DNA of 64,000 nt from Felis catus (GCF_018350175.1 NC_058368.1:95668001-95732000), one strand, 5' to 3'; counted from the stretch's first letter, positions 12,355 to 24,580 are shown. Notes: generated by a model from the letters alone, not told the origin. Numbers and translations are program-made.

Positions 12355-12794
12355 TGTTTTAGGTTAGGTTTCTGAGAAGCAAATCCCGAATCAAGGATTG
12401 GCATGCAAGTGATTTATTTAAAAAAAAAGTTTCTTGGAGAGAACAATGAGGAATTGGGAAAATTTGAATATGTGAAAAGAAGCGAGTAAGAGAGGTAGGA
12501 AATCTCAGTGAACTTCAAGGCTCAACCTGTTCCTATGAGGCAATACACATTTGACCCTGGAATTTATTTCATCTTTGGGCAGGAGAACTGGACTTGTGTG
12601 CTCTTCCACTGGCTATCGTCATCTGCCCCTAATCATCCTTAAGGGTTTATAAGCGTTCAGGCACTCGTCTCTCTCCCCTGGGACAACCCTCTGAAGGAAA
12701 CTGAGTGCAGCAAAGCACACACAGTGTAGGAGACAGGAAAGCAGCGAAAGAAATCAGAGAAAGTCTGAATGGGACACCAAGAAAAGCCACTGTG
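12355..12794 (-). mobile_element. 5' LTR (LTR16-like) of the ERV-L provirus
   Basis: TGTTTTAGGTTAGGTTTCTGAGAAGCAAATCCCGAATCAAGGATTGGCATGCAAGTGATTTATT resembles the reverse complement of the LTR16 3' end (minus-strand AATAAA); similar length and layout to 4685-5145. Confidence 0.85.
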
Positions 12795-13740
12795 GATCCC
12801 TCTGAGTGGCTTGAACACTATCCCCAGGAAAGCAAGTTTCCAGCACCCAGTGTTTTTACATTCCCTCAAACCTATCTGGATGTTTCTAGGATTTCACTAC
12901 CCTTGATGTTCAACCCTAAGGTTTTAGACAATGTCACTAACACCCACCCTTTCTCCTTCTCCGAACTCTTTTTCAGTTATCCTGGCGCCTGAAGGGCTTT
13001 TCACTTTCTTTCAGGAGCCATCCTTGTAGCAAATCTTTCTTGTGCTTTGCTCTGTGATGTAGAAAAGAAATCCTGTGATCTTAATTCCCCTATGGCATGA
13101 TACCATGTGTTCAAAAAACTTATCTCTGTATTATTAAGAAAATGATTTTCTCTTTCAAAAAAGCCTAGCTCCTGTGAAATTAAAAAAATAATGTCAGTTT
13201 CAACCTAATGCCGTGTATTGGTCTACAAATTCTGACTTGAAGCCAAGCATTGACCATCCTGAACTTGGCTGAGTACGGCTGCTCCTTGACGCAATGGATA
13301 GCACTGACTCAAAAGGTACTGTTGCAAAGGGGGCCACCGTGATGAACCAAATGTTGGTTTGCTAGTTCAATGATGTCATCCTTGTCAAACAAATTATTGT
13401 AAAATTATTGAACATTCATGAGTCTTCTGTGCTATAACATTTTTATGATTCTGCTCATGCTGTTCAGATTTTCTCTCTTCTGCTTAGTCAGGCAATGCCA
13501 ATTGACTTCTCTCTGTTCTTTTTCTTTTGCTGTTTGCCTCTAATAACCTTCTGAAATCCTCCCATACCGTGTTAGTTGGTTCGTTCTAATTCACTTAGGG
13601 CTGGGAAACCAGATGCACAGCCATGTTGGAATTGAATGTTTGAGAGTTTCATTAATTTAGATGAGAGACTAAGTCTTTCGGGGCATCGCATTAATGACTT
13701 ATTTGTGAGTCCTCATGACTGACACTCCAGGTGCTGAGAG

Positions 13741-13741
<1 letters not shown>

Positions 13742-13776
<35 letters not shown>
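13742..13776. repeat. (TG)n microsatellite
   Basis: Perfect TG run. Confidence 0.95.
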
Positions 13777-13778
<2 letters not shown>

Positions 13779-15883
13779 ACGCACATGCATTTATGTATAC
13801 TAGTGTCATGTTCATTTCTTCTAGACCCTTTGTAATACATAACTCCATTGAAATAGTTTAGAAATAAGACCATTTGTGAGTAGAAAGATTATCTTCTCAA
13901 CAAACTGATATTATCCATTATTCATCACGTCTGCTCCATCTTTGACAAATTAAAGAAACTTAAACATGGAAACTTCTGGAAGTTTTCAGGTCAGTCTTTG
14001 TTAAGAGACCCAGTTTACTAGAGATCCTACAGATTTGCATGCCTTTGGAGACAGAAAAAAAAGATGTTTAATTGCAGGGCGTGAAGACAAAGGGAATATG
14101 CAAAGCTCCAGGAACATGAATGAGCAAACCAATATGACAATCAAATTAACAGACCATGTGTGAAGCTGATTGTAGATGTGGGGTCTATAGCTTTCAATTA
14201 ACCAGACCACACTGAGACATCTGGTGCTCCTGGTGTATCCCATCATTACCACTGGTTTCCAAACTGGAGAGCAGCTCTGTTCATTCAAGTTTATCTTTGG
14301 AAAAAATATTTTTGTATTATTCAAAGGAAAGCACCACATTCAAGGATATATCCCGAGCTGGCTGATCTTTCCCCATTCTAACAAGTAAAGCTATTGATGT
14401 TGTATTAAATTGATTCCATTGATGGTGCTTTCTTGATGCATACGTGGGTTCTAAGGAAACCAGAGGAAGTATCGATCATTCTCTTACTACAGGAGTTGTA
14501 GTAGCGGGTGCTGGCTGGTGGAAATGAATTGAGGAGGCACCGAGGTTCCTTCTGCTCTGGCTAGTGCATAAATGACATTATGGTGGTCCCGCTTTACAGG
14601 TGGTTGGAATCCCTCCAATGGTATTGTGAATGACAGACATCTGCCTCTGGTTCAATCTTTCTAATGATGAGTTCCCCCAAGTTGCTATTTTTGCTCTTGG
14701 ATGGTTGGCTGCAGTTGTCAAAAAGCGTCTCTTTCCATGGTCAGCCAGAATCAGCCCCCTTCCCTCTGTCTGTCATCTTGTTTCCAGTTCTGGGCCAGAG
14801 CAGCAGAGAATCAGTGTATTCTTCTAAGTCCTTCCACTACTTAAGAAGGTCCTTGTTGACATCTATGAAAAAAAAAAAAAAAAGAACTATAGTAAGTCTA
14901 GCTTAGCTTATTCCTTTTGAGCTCCTTCAAGTCTTTTGCTCATTGTCGCAGGCTTGCATTATATTCCAAAGATCCAGGGGCCAGAGTGACCATAATACTG
15001 CTCATGAAGACCTGCTTACCTTTTGTCATTAACTTTTGACTTGACTCCCCACTGTCATCTTAATCATTTTTGCAGATACAGATCCCAGGCCTCAGAGAAA
15101 AGGCAGCACGCACTGCGAGCTTCCTCCTTCTGTATTTACAGTGAGTTCCCCATAGTGCTGGAAGCTACACCGGAAGAAGAGAATATTGATGTTCCTAGAA
15201 AGTTTTTCATGGCTCAGCTCAGGATCTTGCAAAACAAAATCCGGAGGCTAGATAGATTTTAATGGGAACGCTTAGCGTTCAACTATGAGAGATTGTTGAG
15301 ACTGATAGTCTGGAATGTTAATATGTGAACATTAACTGAGGTTATTTATTTTGGTTATATTTCAGAATGAAAGACTGCTTCATGGTTATTCATTTAAAAG
15401 AGTTCACATTTAGGAAATACTTTGAGAGAAGGATTCGTGCAGGGATAAAGTACCTGTCTTTTGGATTACTGAGAGGAAGGACAAGATGAGTGGAATTCTG
15501 TCCCTTTAACTTCTGTTTGCTTGAACAGCTTGGAAAGAGCGTCCACATGAGTGGACCATAGGCATGCTGGGATCTGAAGGCATTAAGTAGAAGGAGAAAG
15601 CATTACATTCGTTTTGGGGGCACACTTTTGCCATAAAGATAATTATCAGGTCACAGACTCAAATCTGCTAAGTGTGGGTTGAGGTGGGAAGACCTGTATG
15701 GACAAGCCTCCAGTGTTGTAATACAGGGACAGTTGGGTTTCTCTCCTCACTTTACTCATATAACGACACAGATACGAATGCATAGGACATTTGGTACACA
15801 TAAAAGGCCGGCTCCTTTTCTCTTCCTTGACAGAGCCAGGAAGTTTAAAGCTAATGAACGACTTGAAATCTCCTTAAAAATTA

Positions 15884-16445
15884 CCAGCAACTGCACCACT
15901 GGGCATTTTTCCATGGGATACACGTGTGCTGTTGCAAAGGGACATGTGCACCCCCATGTTTAGAGCAGCACTATCGACAATAGCCAAAGAATGGAAAGAG
16001 CCCAAATGTCCATCGATGGATGAATGGATAAAGAAGATGTGGTATGTATATACAATGGAGTGTTACTTGGCAATCAAAAAAGAATGAAATCTTTCCATTT
16101 GCATCCACATGGATGGAACCGGAGGGTATGATGCTAAGTGAAATTAGAGAAAGACAAAAATCATATGGCTTCACTCAGATGAGGACTTTAAGAGACAAAC
16201 CAGATGAACATAAGGGAAGGGAAACAAAAATAATATAAAAACAGGGAGGGGAACAAAACAGAAGAGACTCATAAATATGGAGAACAATCTGAGGGTTATT
16301 GGAGGGGGTGTGGAAGGGGGGATGAGCTAAATGGGTAAGGGGCACTAAGGAAGCTACTCCTGAAATCATTGTTGCACTATACGCTAATTTGGATGTAAAG
16401 TTTTAAAAATAAAAAATAAAATTAAAAAAATAATAAAATAAAAAA
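15884..16445 (+). mobile_element. 5'-truncated carnivore/felid LINE-1 (ORF2 end, 3' UTR, poly-A)
   Basis: CAATAGCCAAAGAATGGAAAGAGCCCAAATGTCCATCGATGGATGAATGGATAAAGAAGATGTGG; KKNEIFPFASTWMEPEGMMLSEI; A-rich tail. Confidence 0.95.
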
Positions 16446-16458
16446 GCACCAGTCTTGA

Positions 16459-16692
16459 GGGGCGCCTGGGTTGGTCAGTTGGTTAAGCATCTGACTTTGG
16501 CTCAGGTCATGATCTTACAGCTCATGAGTTTCAGCTCCACATCTGGCTCTGTGCCGAAGGCTCAGAGCCTGGAGCTTGCTTCCGATTCTGTGCCTCCCTC
16601 TCCCTCCGCCCCTCCCCTACTCATGCTTTGTCTGTCTCTCTCTCCCAAATAAATCAACATTAAAAAAAAAAATTTAAAAACAAAACAAAACT
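16459..16692 (+). mobile_element. CanSINE
   Basis: Full body; degenerate TSD AAGCACCAGTCTTGA / AAGTACCAGACTTGA. Confidence 0.95.
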
Positions 16693-18246
16693 GAAGTACC
16701 AGACTTGAGAGTCTTCTTTGAAGGTGTTTATGTCTGCCTATATTTTTCTATCGTCCTTTTCTCTTTCCCTTTCCTTGCTTTGTTTTGAGATTTCCCATTT
16801 GAGCGATTCGCCTTCTAACTGCTGGAAGTCCTTTTTGCATGAAGATGCGCAGCCTCACCCTGGACTTGCGCTTCCCCTCACAAGTGAGGGAACCCTTGGG
16901 CTTTCTCCTGGTTTCTTTTCAGAAAAGAAGTTTCGATTGGGGGCTGAGAGGAATTTGCGTTTTTGTAAACGGATACCAATATAGGTTACAAAATTAGCCC
17001 CGTCACAGGGCATGACTGGGGAGGAAACTGACATACGAATGCTTGGTAGCGCCCAAGTGGACACTTGGGACTCTCTGAGAAGCAGTGACAGTAAACAGAG
17101 GGTCAGGATGGGAATTGGCTCATTAGCTTTTCTCCCAGTGCTGTGCAATAAAATCTCACATTAATTCAGGTCCTCATTATTGGAAGAGGAAGTCAGGGAG
17201 TGTTGCCACCACATTCCTTGGCTCCAAAGGGGGGCAGTTTGTTGGGTGCTGAAGGATCTTCCCTTGATTGTACAGCAGCACGGCCAGGCTGCCATCTTTG
17301 CCTTCAGATGTCTTCCTTCATTCCTCTGCTATTAGTTCAAGGTTCTTTAGTTCCGTCTGAATAGAATTGCCTCCCGAGGGCACTCTGCTCTCTCCTTTAC
17401 ACATTTCAGGTCTCTCTGAGTCTCCAGGGCTCTTTGAGCTCACCTGCCTGTATCAGAACTGATGTACCTCAGAGCTTGACGGGAACAGTGCCCTTTGGGG
17501 CATATTAGAGCCATTTCAATTGGCAAGTAGAGAAAAATAAACACCACATAAGGAGCAGTAAAAAGATTGACTTGCAGGTTTTTTGGAGCTTTATGTTGAA
17601 GGAAAAGGATTTATTATAGGGGTAATCAGGCGTGGAGATGGGCTATATGTAGAGCAAACAGTGGGTGGGCTTAGATTTGCTAACCCAGCATTGCTCAGAG
17701 CACAAGTAAAACCAAGCTGGCCTTAAGTGGAGGTTCTAATCTCTGGATAGCATCTTTCTTGTCACTGAAAGAGCCATTTCCAAGATGCCACCTAGTTGAA
17801 AATAGCATTGCAAGGAGGAGGTGGGCCTAGGTGGTAACTACCTTTTGGCCTCCACATCTGTAACTGGGACAGGTTCTCTGTGGTTCAGGAGAAGGCAATG
17901 GAATCAAGCCTGCCAAAACAATGAAAGCTTTTTCAAGACTGTGATCTGTTAGATAAACAGTTTTCCTTCTGTTCCCCATCCCATAAATCCACTGCTGACT
18001 CTGACTTATTTTTGTGTGTATCTCAGAATATAAAATCTTTTATTAACCACAAAGTAATGGGACCTATTCATCTAATTGATCACCCTTCTGCAGTACAAAT
18101 ATCTAAGGCAATAAAAGAGTGGAAGGAACAGAGAGCTGAGAAAGATGAGCAGAGCTCTTGCATTTTTGAAATCTCTCCATGAGTATTTGCTTTTTATAGC
18201 AACGTGCACTTTTAGATTAAAAAGTGGGTGGAAGGGTAGATGTTAA

Positions 18247-18480
18247 AAAATTTTCCCCCCATTTAAAAAAAAGTTTATGTATGTATGTATGTATTTTGAG
18301 ACAGAGAAATTGAGAAGGAAAGAGGGACACAAAGATATGGAGGGACAGAGAATCCCAAGCAGGCTCCACACTGTCAGTGCAGAGCCTGATGCAGGGTTCA
18401 ATCCCACGAACCATGAGATCTTGACCTGAACCAAAATCAAGAGTTGGATGCTTGACCGACTGAGCCACCCAGGTGCCCCC
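18247..18480 (-). mobile_element. CanSINE
   Basis: GAATCCCAAGCAGGCTCCACACTGTCAGTGCAGAGCC..GAGCCACCCAGGTGCCCC. Confidence 0.95.
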
Positions 18481-18718
18481 TTTTTAGTTTTATTTATTTA
18501 ATTGTTTGTTTGCTTCTTTATTTTATTATTTTATTTTGTTATTTTATTTTATTTTATTTTAATTTTCTTATTTTACTTTTTTATTTTATTTTATTTTATT
18601 TTATTTTATTTTATTTTATTTTATTTATTTTTTTTAGAGACAGAGCATGTGTGCAAGGGGAAATGGGCATAGGGAGAGAAAACATGAGGTTCAGTCCCAC
18701 CACCCTGGGGACCCCAGT
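18481..18718 (-). mobile_element. 5'-truncated CanSINE fragment with long (TAAAA)n tail
   Basis: (TTTTA)n then AGAGACAGAGCATGTGTGCAAGGGG; ends CCACCACCCTGGGGACCCCAG. Confidence 0.75.
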
Positions 18719-18720
18719 CT

Positions 18721-18908
18721 TTTTTTCTTTTAACTTTATGAATGTTTGTTTATTTATTTTGAGAGAGGGGTGGAGACAGAATCTCAAGCAGGCTCTGAGC
18801 TGTCAGTGCAAAGCCCCTCTCGGGGCTAGAAATCATGAGCCATGTGATCATGACCTGAGCTTAAATCAAGAGTCAGTCTTTTAACTCACTGAGCCACCCA
18901 GGTGCCCC
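18721..18908 (-). mobile_element. CanSINE
   Basis: Full body ending GAGCCACCCAGGTGCCCC. Confidence 0.93.
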
Positions 18909-18909
18909 G

Positions 18910-19177
18910 TTTTTAGTTTTGTTTGTTTATTTTTTGGAGAGAGAGAGCGAGCACGCACGCGTGAGAGAGAGCGTGTGCAAACAGGGGAGAAGGGCAGAGA
19001 GAAAAAGGCTCTTAAGCTGGCCTCATGCTCAGTGTAGAGCCTAACACAGGGCTTGATTCCACCAGTCTGGGGATCCCAGGGTTTACAAAGTTCTTTGTAT
19101 AGTTGAGCATTGTTGTCAACCTTGAGGCTGACAGAACACCACTGTTTGGGAGTTCTACAATCCCAGCCACCTTCCAG
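18910..19177 (-). repeat. Duplicated cassette copy 1 (3' half of CanSINE + 97-bp non-SINE segment)
   Basis: 19011-19177 aligns with 21108-21274; non-SINE part is 79/97 identical without gaps (hand count). Confidence 0.9.
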
Positions 19178-20607
19178 TGAGTTGGACGGTTAGCCATGTA
19201 TAGAATGAGTTAAAAGCATAGCTGTAAATAGTCTGGCCACGTACTGTATACACTTACTAGGTTCATAATTAAACCAAATAAATCTCCATTTCCTTTTTTT
19301 TTAAGACACGACCTATTTATGTTTTCTGTGAAGGCCCATGATTTCTATTTTCATGAAAATTAAAGTGCATCCGGGGAAAGAAAATAAAAACTCCTACTTT
19401 ATCAAAATAGTAATGTGAGAAAAAGTCTCGGTCTTACAAGGAAGTGATATGGGGGAGAGGGTGTGCTTAGCTCACATCTGAATGTATAATGATAGTGTTT
19501 AAGCACGACTTGACAAGTGCCGTAGAAATACACGGAAAGCCCTGGGTGAAAACTTTTGCTAGAGACGTCTTGCCTAGGTGTGAACTTCAGATTTTTTTTC
19601 TGTCTTTTCAGTGTCAATATCCTTTCTCTGAATCATAGTCTTTAAGGGAATATTACGTGAGCTCAATTTCCTACCCAATTCCAGTTTGCTCTCTGTATCC
19701 AGTAATTCTATCGTCCTCTGACTCCTGACTGCCCTTTCCTACGTGGTGTACATGATATTAAACACCTTTATCAACCAAGTACCTGTTGTGTGTTAGGTGT
19801 TTCTTTAGGCTTCCAGCTCCTCACTCTTGCCTACAGAGAGCGGATTTAATAAAGGAGATGGGCTTTGGGCTAAGGCTAGGGTCGCCTGAGTCATTGTCTT
19901 CCTGAATTCCAAAGCCTGTCACCTTGTTCGCTCTTCTAAACCTCAGTATTGGCACCCAGTAAGTGCTCACCAGTTTTGATTCCAGAATTCATATAGTGAC
20001 TAATGGTTTCTATAAACAAGAAAATAAGATAGCTTGGTGTAGATCTTGCAATAATGAAGAATAGATCCAACATTAATTTGATCTGATAGATGTGTTTCAT
20101 TATTTTAAGGTTACATTTACGTTTAAGAGTTAAGATCACATTTGAGACTACATCTTTGGTGTCATGCAATCCTTTTATTAATATTTATTGACTTTACTAT
20201 ATGCTTGACACAGTCTTTGAAACAGTGGGACCCCCCCCCCCATACATACATATACCTACAGTGTGTATCATCCAGATGTTCTGAGGCCACTTGGGTAAAA
20301 AATTACACATGTATAAACTATTAAATTATAAAACAGTTATATAAGAAAAGTCAAAGCCTTATTATGAAGGATTGCCTCACACTCAGTAGTGCACACAGTA
20401 AATGTTTAGAGTTTATAGTAGTAGGAGACAGAGCAACTTGAGTTTAAAGCCTGGTTTTGCTTCGTCATTGTCTCTTTCTTTCTCAAGTTCCATGGGAATG
20501 TCCCCTTTTATTCTTTGACTTGTCTTCACTACTGCATACGTAACAATCTCATTCCTCCTCGGTTTTCCTACCATAGATTTGTTGGTTAATAATTATATAT
20601 GGATACC

Positions 20608-20825
20608 GGGGCACTTGGGTGGTTCAGTCAGTTAAGTGTCAGACTCTTGTTTTAGGCTCAGGTCATGATCTCATGGTTCATGAGTTCGAGCCCCACATTG
20701 GGCTCTGCACTGACAGAAGGGAGCCTGCTAGGGATTTTCTCTCTCCCTGTCCCTTCCCCGCTTGCATGCTCTCTCTCCCTCTCTCTCTCTCAAAATAAAT
20801 AAATAAACTTTGAAAAAATTGAAAA
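20608..20825 (+). mobile_element. CanSINE
   Basis: GGGGCACTTGGGTGGTTCAG head, (CT)n, AATAAA tail. Confidence 0.95.
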
Positions 20826-21001
20826 AATTGTAAATAGATATGTGCATACATGCATAAATATATATACACACAATAAGATATATTTATGGGCATAGGTGTG
20901 TATATGTGGCTAGAGATATACATATATACACACATGCATACATATTTGTGGGTATGTATATCTATGTATGTATATCGGGTGTACATATGTATACATATAC
21001 G

Positions 21002-21470
21002 CGCCAGGTGTTGTCATAAGTGAATCGTACACTATTTTTTTGGTCTGATTCATTTTTTTTTTTTAGAGAGAACATGTGCACGCAGGGGAGAGAGGCAGAA
21101 AGAGAGTCTTAAGCTGGCTCCTTGCTCAGTGTGGAGCCCAACACAGGGGTTGATGCCACCACGCTGGGGATCCCAGGCTGTAAAAAGCTTTTTGTATAGT
21201 TGAACACTGTCGTCAACCTTGAGGCCGACAGAACACCACCGTGTGGAGGTCCTACAGTCCTAGGCCCCTTCCAGGAAACTATTCACTTGTTCAGTCTTTG
21301 CAGTAATTTTCTAAGGTAGGTTGTTGTACATCACTCTTTACTGATGGCGTTACTACGACGACACAGGGAAGCGAGGCAGCCTGTGGAAGTTATCTCAGCT
21401 AAGTGACACGCCGGGATTCAAATTCAGATGTCGTTCCATAGTCCGTGTTTACATCACTATACTTTGTTGC
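21002..21470 (-). mobile_element. MIR, interrupted at ~21037-21277
   Basis: GCCAGGTGTTGTCATAAG..ACTATT // ..AGGTAGGTT..TTTACTGATG..CAGCTAAGTGAC..GGGATTCAAATTCAG resembles antisense MIR. Confidence 0.65.
21037..21277 (-). repeat. Duplicated cassette copy 2
   Basis: Paralog of 18910-19177, flanked by ACTATT at 21031-21036 and 21278-21283. Confidence 0.88.
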
Positions 21471-21609
21471 TTCTCAAATCATCTCTTTATAATCGTTTAT
21501 CTGGTTTGGTTGTCCCAGTTAGACTGTAATCTTGAAAGAGTTTTGGCTTTTTATGTTAGTAGGCTCAGGATAGGACAGAGTAGGTAGAGTGTAGAAAAGG
21601 TCCAATGTA

Positions 21610-21835
21610 GGGCCTCCTCGGTGGCTCAGTTGGTTAAGTGTCCAATTCTTGATTTTTGACTGCAGTCATGATCTCAGGGTCATGGGATCGAGCCCCGGGT
21701 TGAGCTCTGAGCTGACAATGAGGATCCTGCTTGGGATTCTCTCCCCGCCCCCCCCCCCCCCCGTTGTCCTCCCCCAAGTCATACATTCTCTCTCAAAAAT
21801 AAATAAATAAACATTTAAAAAGGGGGATTAAAAAA
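21610..21835 (+). mobile_element. CanSINE
   Basis: Body with poly-C tract; TSD AGAAAAGGTCCAATGTA / AGAAAAGGTACAATCTA. Confidence 0.93.
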
Positions 21836-22099
21836 AGAAAAGGTACAATCTAATATATAAAAATATCTAAATGTTGGGCAGTCTTGGAAGGAGAGGTGCT
21901 ACCCTGTATGACCCCGAAACAGAATTCCAGCAAAGGTAGGGTTGGAGTGAGTAGAGGTAAATGGAAGCAACACAGGGTGGGTAGGTCGATGCCGGGAAGG
22001 CTTTTTTATTCTATGATGATCTTCGTCGAGGAAAAGACGTAATTTCAGGCGTTCGGTAGAAAGGTAATATTTTAGAACCGTAGCTGAGAGTGGTACGAT

Positions 22100-22510
22100 G
22101 TACTTGTGAAGAAGGAAAAGGACTGGAGAGTGGAGCAATCATTGGCCCTCTTTTCCAGAAAATTTCAGGAAGGAGGCTATGAGACTTAAAAACAATGGGT
22201 ACAGATAGTGGAGGTAGAGGGGAACGCCAAAAACAGAGATACATTGATGAGGTGGAACCCACAAGCTGATAGGAGATTGGAAGGAAAGGACAGAAGCAGG
22301 GTATCTCAGAGAGGCTTTACTCCTAGCTAAATAGGAGGTATGGCAAACGGGTAGGACAGAAAACAAGTTCTGATGGGAACATATTTAGGTTGATGTACCT
22401 TTAAGATGTCTATTGATGGGTGTCGGGTAGAAGATTTTATATACACTTTGGTATGGTGCTCTGGCATGTAGGGGAAAGATCTAGACTAAAGGTGAATTTT
22501 GAGAGATGTT
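22100..22510 (-). mobile_element. L2 LINE fragment
   Basis: GA-rich segment with TTTAAGATGTCTATT..GGGGAAAGATCTAGACTAAAGG..TTTTGAGAG, like antisense L2. Confidence 0.55.
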
Positions 22511-22806
22511 GCTTTCTTTTTTTTTTTTTTTTTTTTTTTTTTTGAGAGAGATCCTATTTCCTAATTGATAAACGACATCATGGAGAAGCCTTAAAAAAAA
22601 TTGACCCCCTCTCCCCCAAGTAGGCCAAGGGAGAAACCCCTTTGAAATATAAGCATTTATGGGGGCAGATGGAAGAAAATATTCTAGGGATGCCTGGAAA
22701 GGAATTCATGTTTTTGGAAAAGACAAACCAACCAAACACCCCAACCAACCAATGAAACAACAAAAGCACACCTAGAAAAATATCTGTTCTCTTGACTCTT
22801 CTAGGC

Positions 22807-23030
22807 CAGAGGTTTGCAAACTATGGCCTGTGAGCTCTATCTGGCCTGCCATCTGTTTTTAGAAATACAGTTGGACTGGAACAAAGCCACACCCGCTCGT
22901 TTATGTATTGTCTATGGCTGTTCTTTCACTAAAACACGCAGAGTTGGATAGTTGAGACAGGGACCGTATGGCTGCAAACCCTAAAATATTTACCATCTGG
23001 TCCTTTACAGAAAAAGTATGCCGACCCCTG
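22807..23030. mobile_element. MER58A hAT-Charlie MITE
   Basis: TIRs CAGAGGTTTGCAAACT...AGTATGCCGACCCCTG; internal CTAAAATATTTACCATCTGGTCCTTTACAGAAAAAG. Confidence 0.93.
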
Positions 23031-24257
23031 TTCAAGAGATAAACAAGAGGAAATAGAAATAATAGATAAAAGGAACTTTCTGCATACACTTGCAGGATAA
23101 TCTTCTACAAAAGATCTTAAATGAAGACTAGTGTAAATGAAAGGCCACCACTTGATGTGTGGTAGGATCAATTAAAATATATATATATATTTGTAAGCAT
23201 ATATATTATGTTATATGTTGTATAGGCTTATAGATGCACATGTAATTATTTCTATATCAAATATATGCACACATAGGTAATTGTGTGTGTGTGTGTGTGC
23301 ATTTCTTCAGCAATGCTTCAGAAAATGAGAAGGATTTCGCTTATTTGCCTTATGGGGAAGGCATTTCTGTGTCAAGGAGGGTCTGTGGCTTTCCTTCTGC
23401 GTCTAAAAGATGAGTTGTGTCATCCATCCATGTCAGATCGTTGAAATTTGCACTTACTCTTGGCTCCGTCCTTATGAAGACACTGCTTCATTCATATTCA
23501 TCAATCACACTAGGAAAATCCAGTCAAGAGAAAGGCTTGCGTTATGGACTCATTCAATTAAACATTCTGGAGGGCATGATTGCTTTAGGCCCGAAAATGG
23601 AACAACATCTCCGTAGAAATTAAAAACATAAAGGAATGTGTTCAGGTAATTGCTTATTAAATTTTCAGACTCCAATGACAATAACAAGTTGAAATTGATT
23701 GCTCAATATGTTTAAACTAGATGATGCTGAATGTACAACCAGGCTGTACCAGCGAGCCCTAAAAGTAAACCTGATTGAAAAGCTAAGTACAGCAGTATCT
23801 TTTTTTGCCTCTGGGAGCTTGGGGAGAATTGAATAAGGCCGGCTGAGATAGTCCAAATTAAATTGGTTAGTAACAAGGGTCACTTCTAGTAGGTAGTGAC
23901 CCTTAGCTCAGAAGGTTTCAAATCAGCTGTGGGTTCTCAGCAAGAGAAAGACAAAGGCATTCATGTTCTTACCTCTGGAATGTACTTTTCAGGGGTATTT
24001 ATTGTTTTCTCCCAGGAACCACTTAAGGGCTTCTTCCTTCTTTTTCTTACCACTCACCCAGGCATTGTCATCTGCAGGCGTTTAATTGTGGAATGAATTT
24101 GTCTCGTGTTCTGAAGTGTCCAGTTTGCCTACATGTCTCTTGTAGAAGGGGCCTTGTAAGTCATTACTAGACGAGTTCCATGAACTTTTTGATGAGCCAG
24201 TATTTAGCGAATGCCTGTCTCAACATGAATACAAGAGGGCCTCCGTTAAGTAGGACT

Positions 24258-24472
24258 TCTTTAAAAATATTTTTTTAAGTGTATTTTTTTCAGAGAGACA
24301 CAGCACAAGTGAGGAAGGGGCAGCAAGAGAGAGGAGAGAGAGAATCCCAAGCAGGCTCTGCCCTGTCAGCCCTGAGCCTGATGCAGGGCTCAAACCCACG
24401 AAGCCATGAGATCACAGCCTGAGCCAAAACCAAGAGTTGGATGCTTAATTGACTGAGCCACCCAGGTGCCCT
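24258..24472 (-). mobile_element. CanSINE
   Basis: TSD TTAAGTAGGACT at 24246-24257 and 24473-24484. Confidence 0.95.
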
Positions 24473-24512
24473 TTAAGTAGGACTCTTAACATTAAGACTT
24501 TTCAGTAATGCT

Positions 24513-24541
24513 GTTTTTTTTCTTAGTATTTTGTTTTTATT

Positions 24542-24580
<39 letters not shown>

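Larger units (their letters stand above)
4685..12794 (-). mobile_element. Ancient ERV-L provirus, LTR16 / HERV16(ERV3-16A3)-like, decayed, lacking RT, interrupted by 2 L1s and 2 SINEs
   Basis: Two same-orientation LTR16-like repeats flank PBS, gag, protease, RNase H C-terminus, integrase, dUTPase and 3' internal remnants, in ERV-L order on the minus strand. Confidence 0.88.

Noticed and set aside
4680..12800. Target-site duplication and polypurine tract for the provirus
   Set aside because: Flanks (GAGAG vs GATCC) do not match and the PPT is unrecognisable; consistent with great age, so not claimed.
17480..17860. Possible old solo LTR (GGATTTATTATAGG...CCACA)
   Set aside because: Could not match a family or define termini with confidence.
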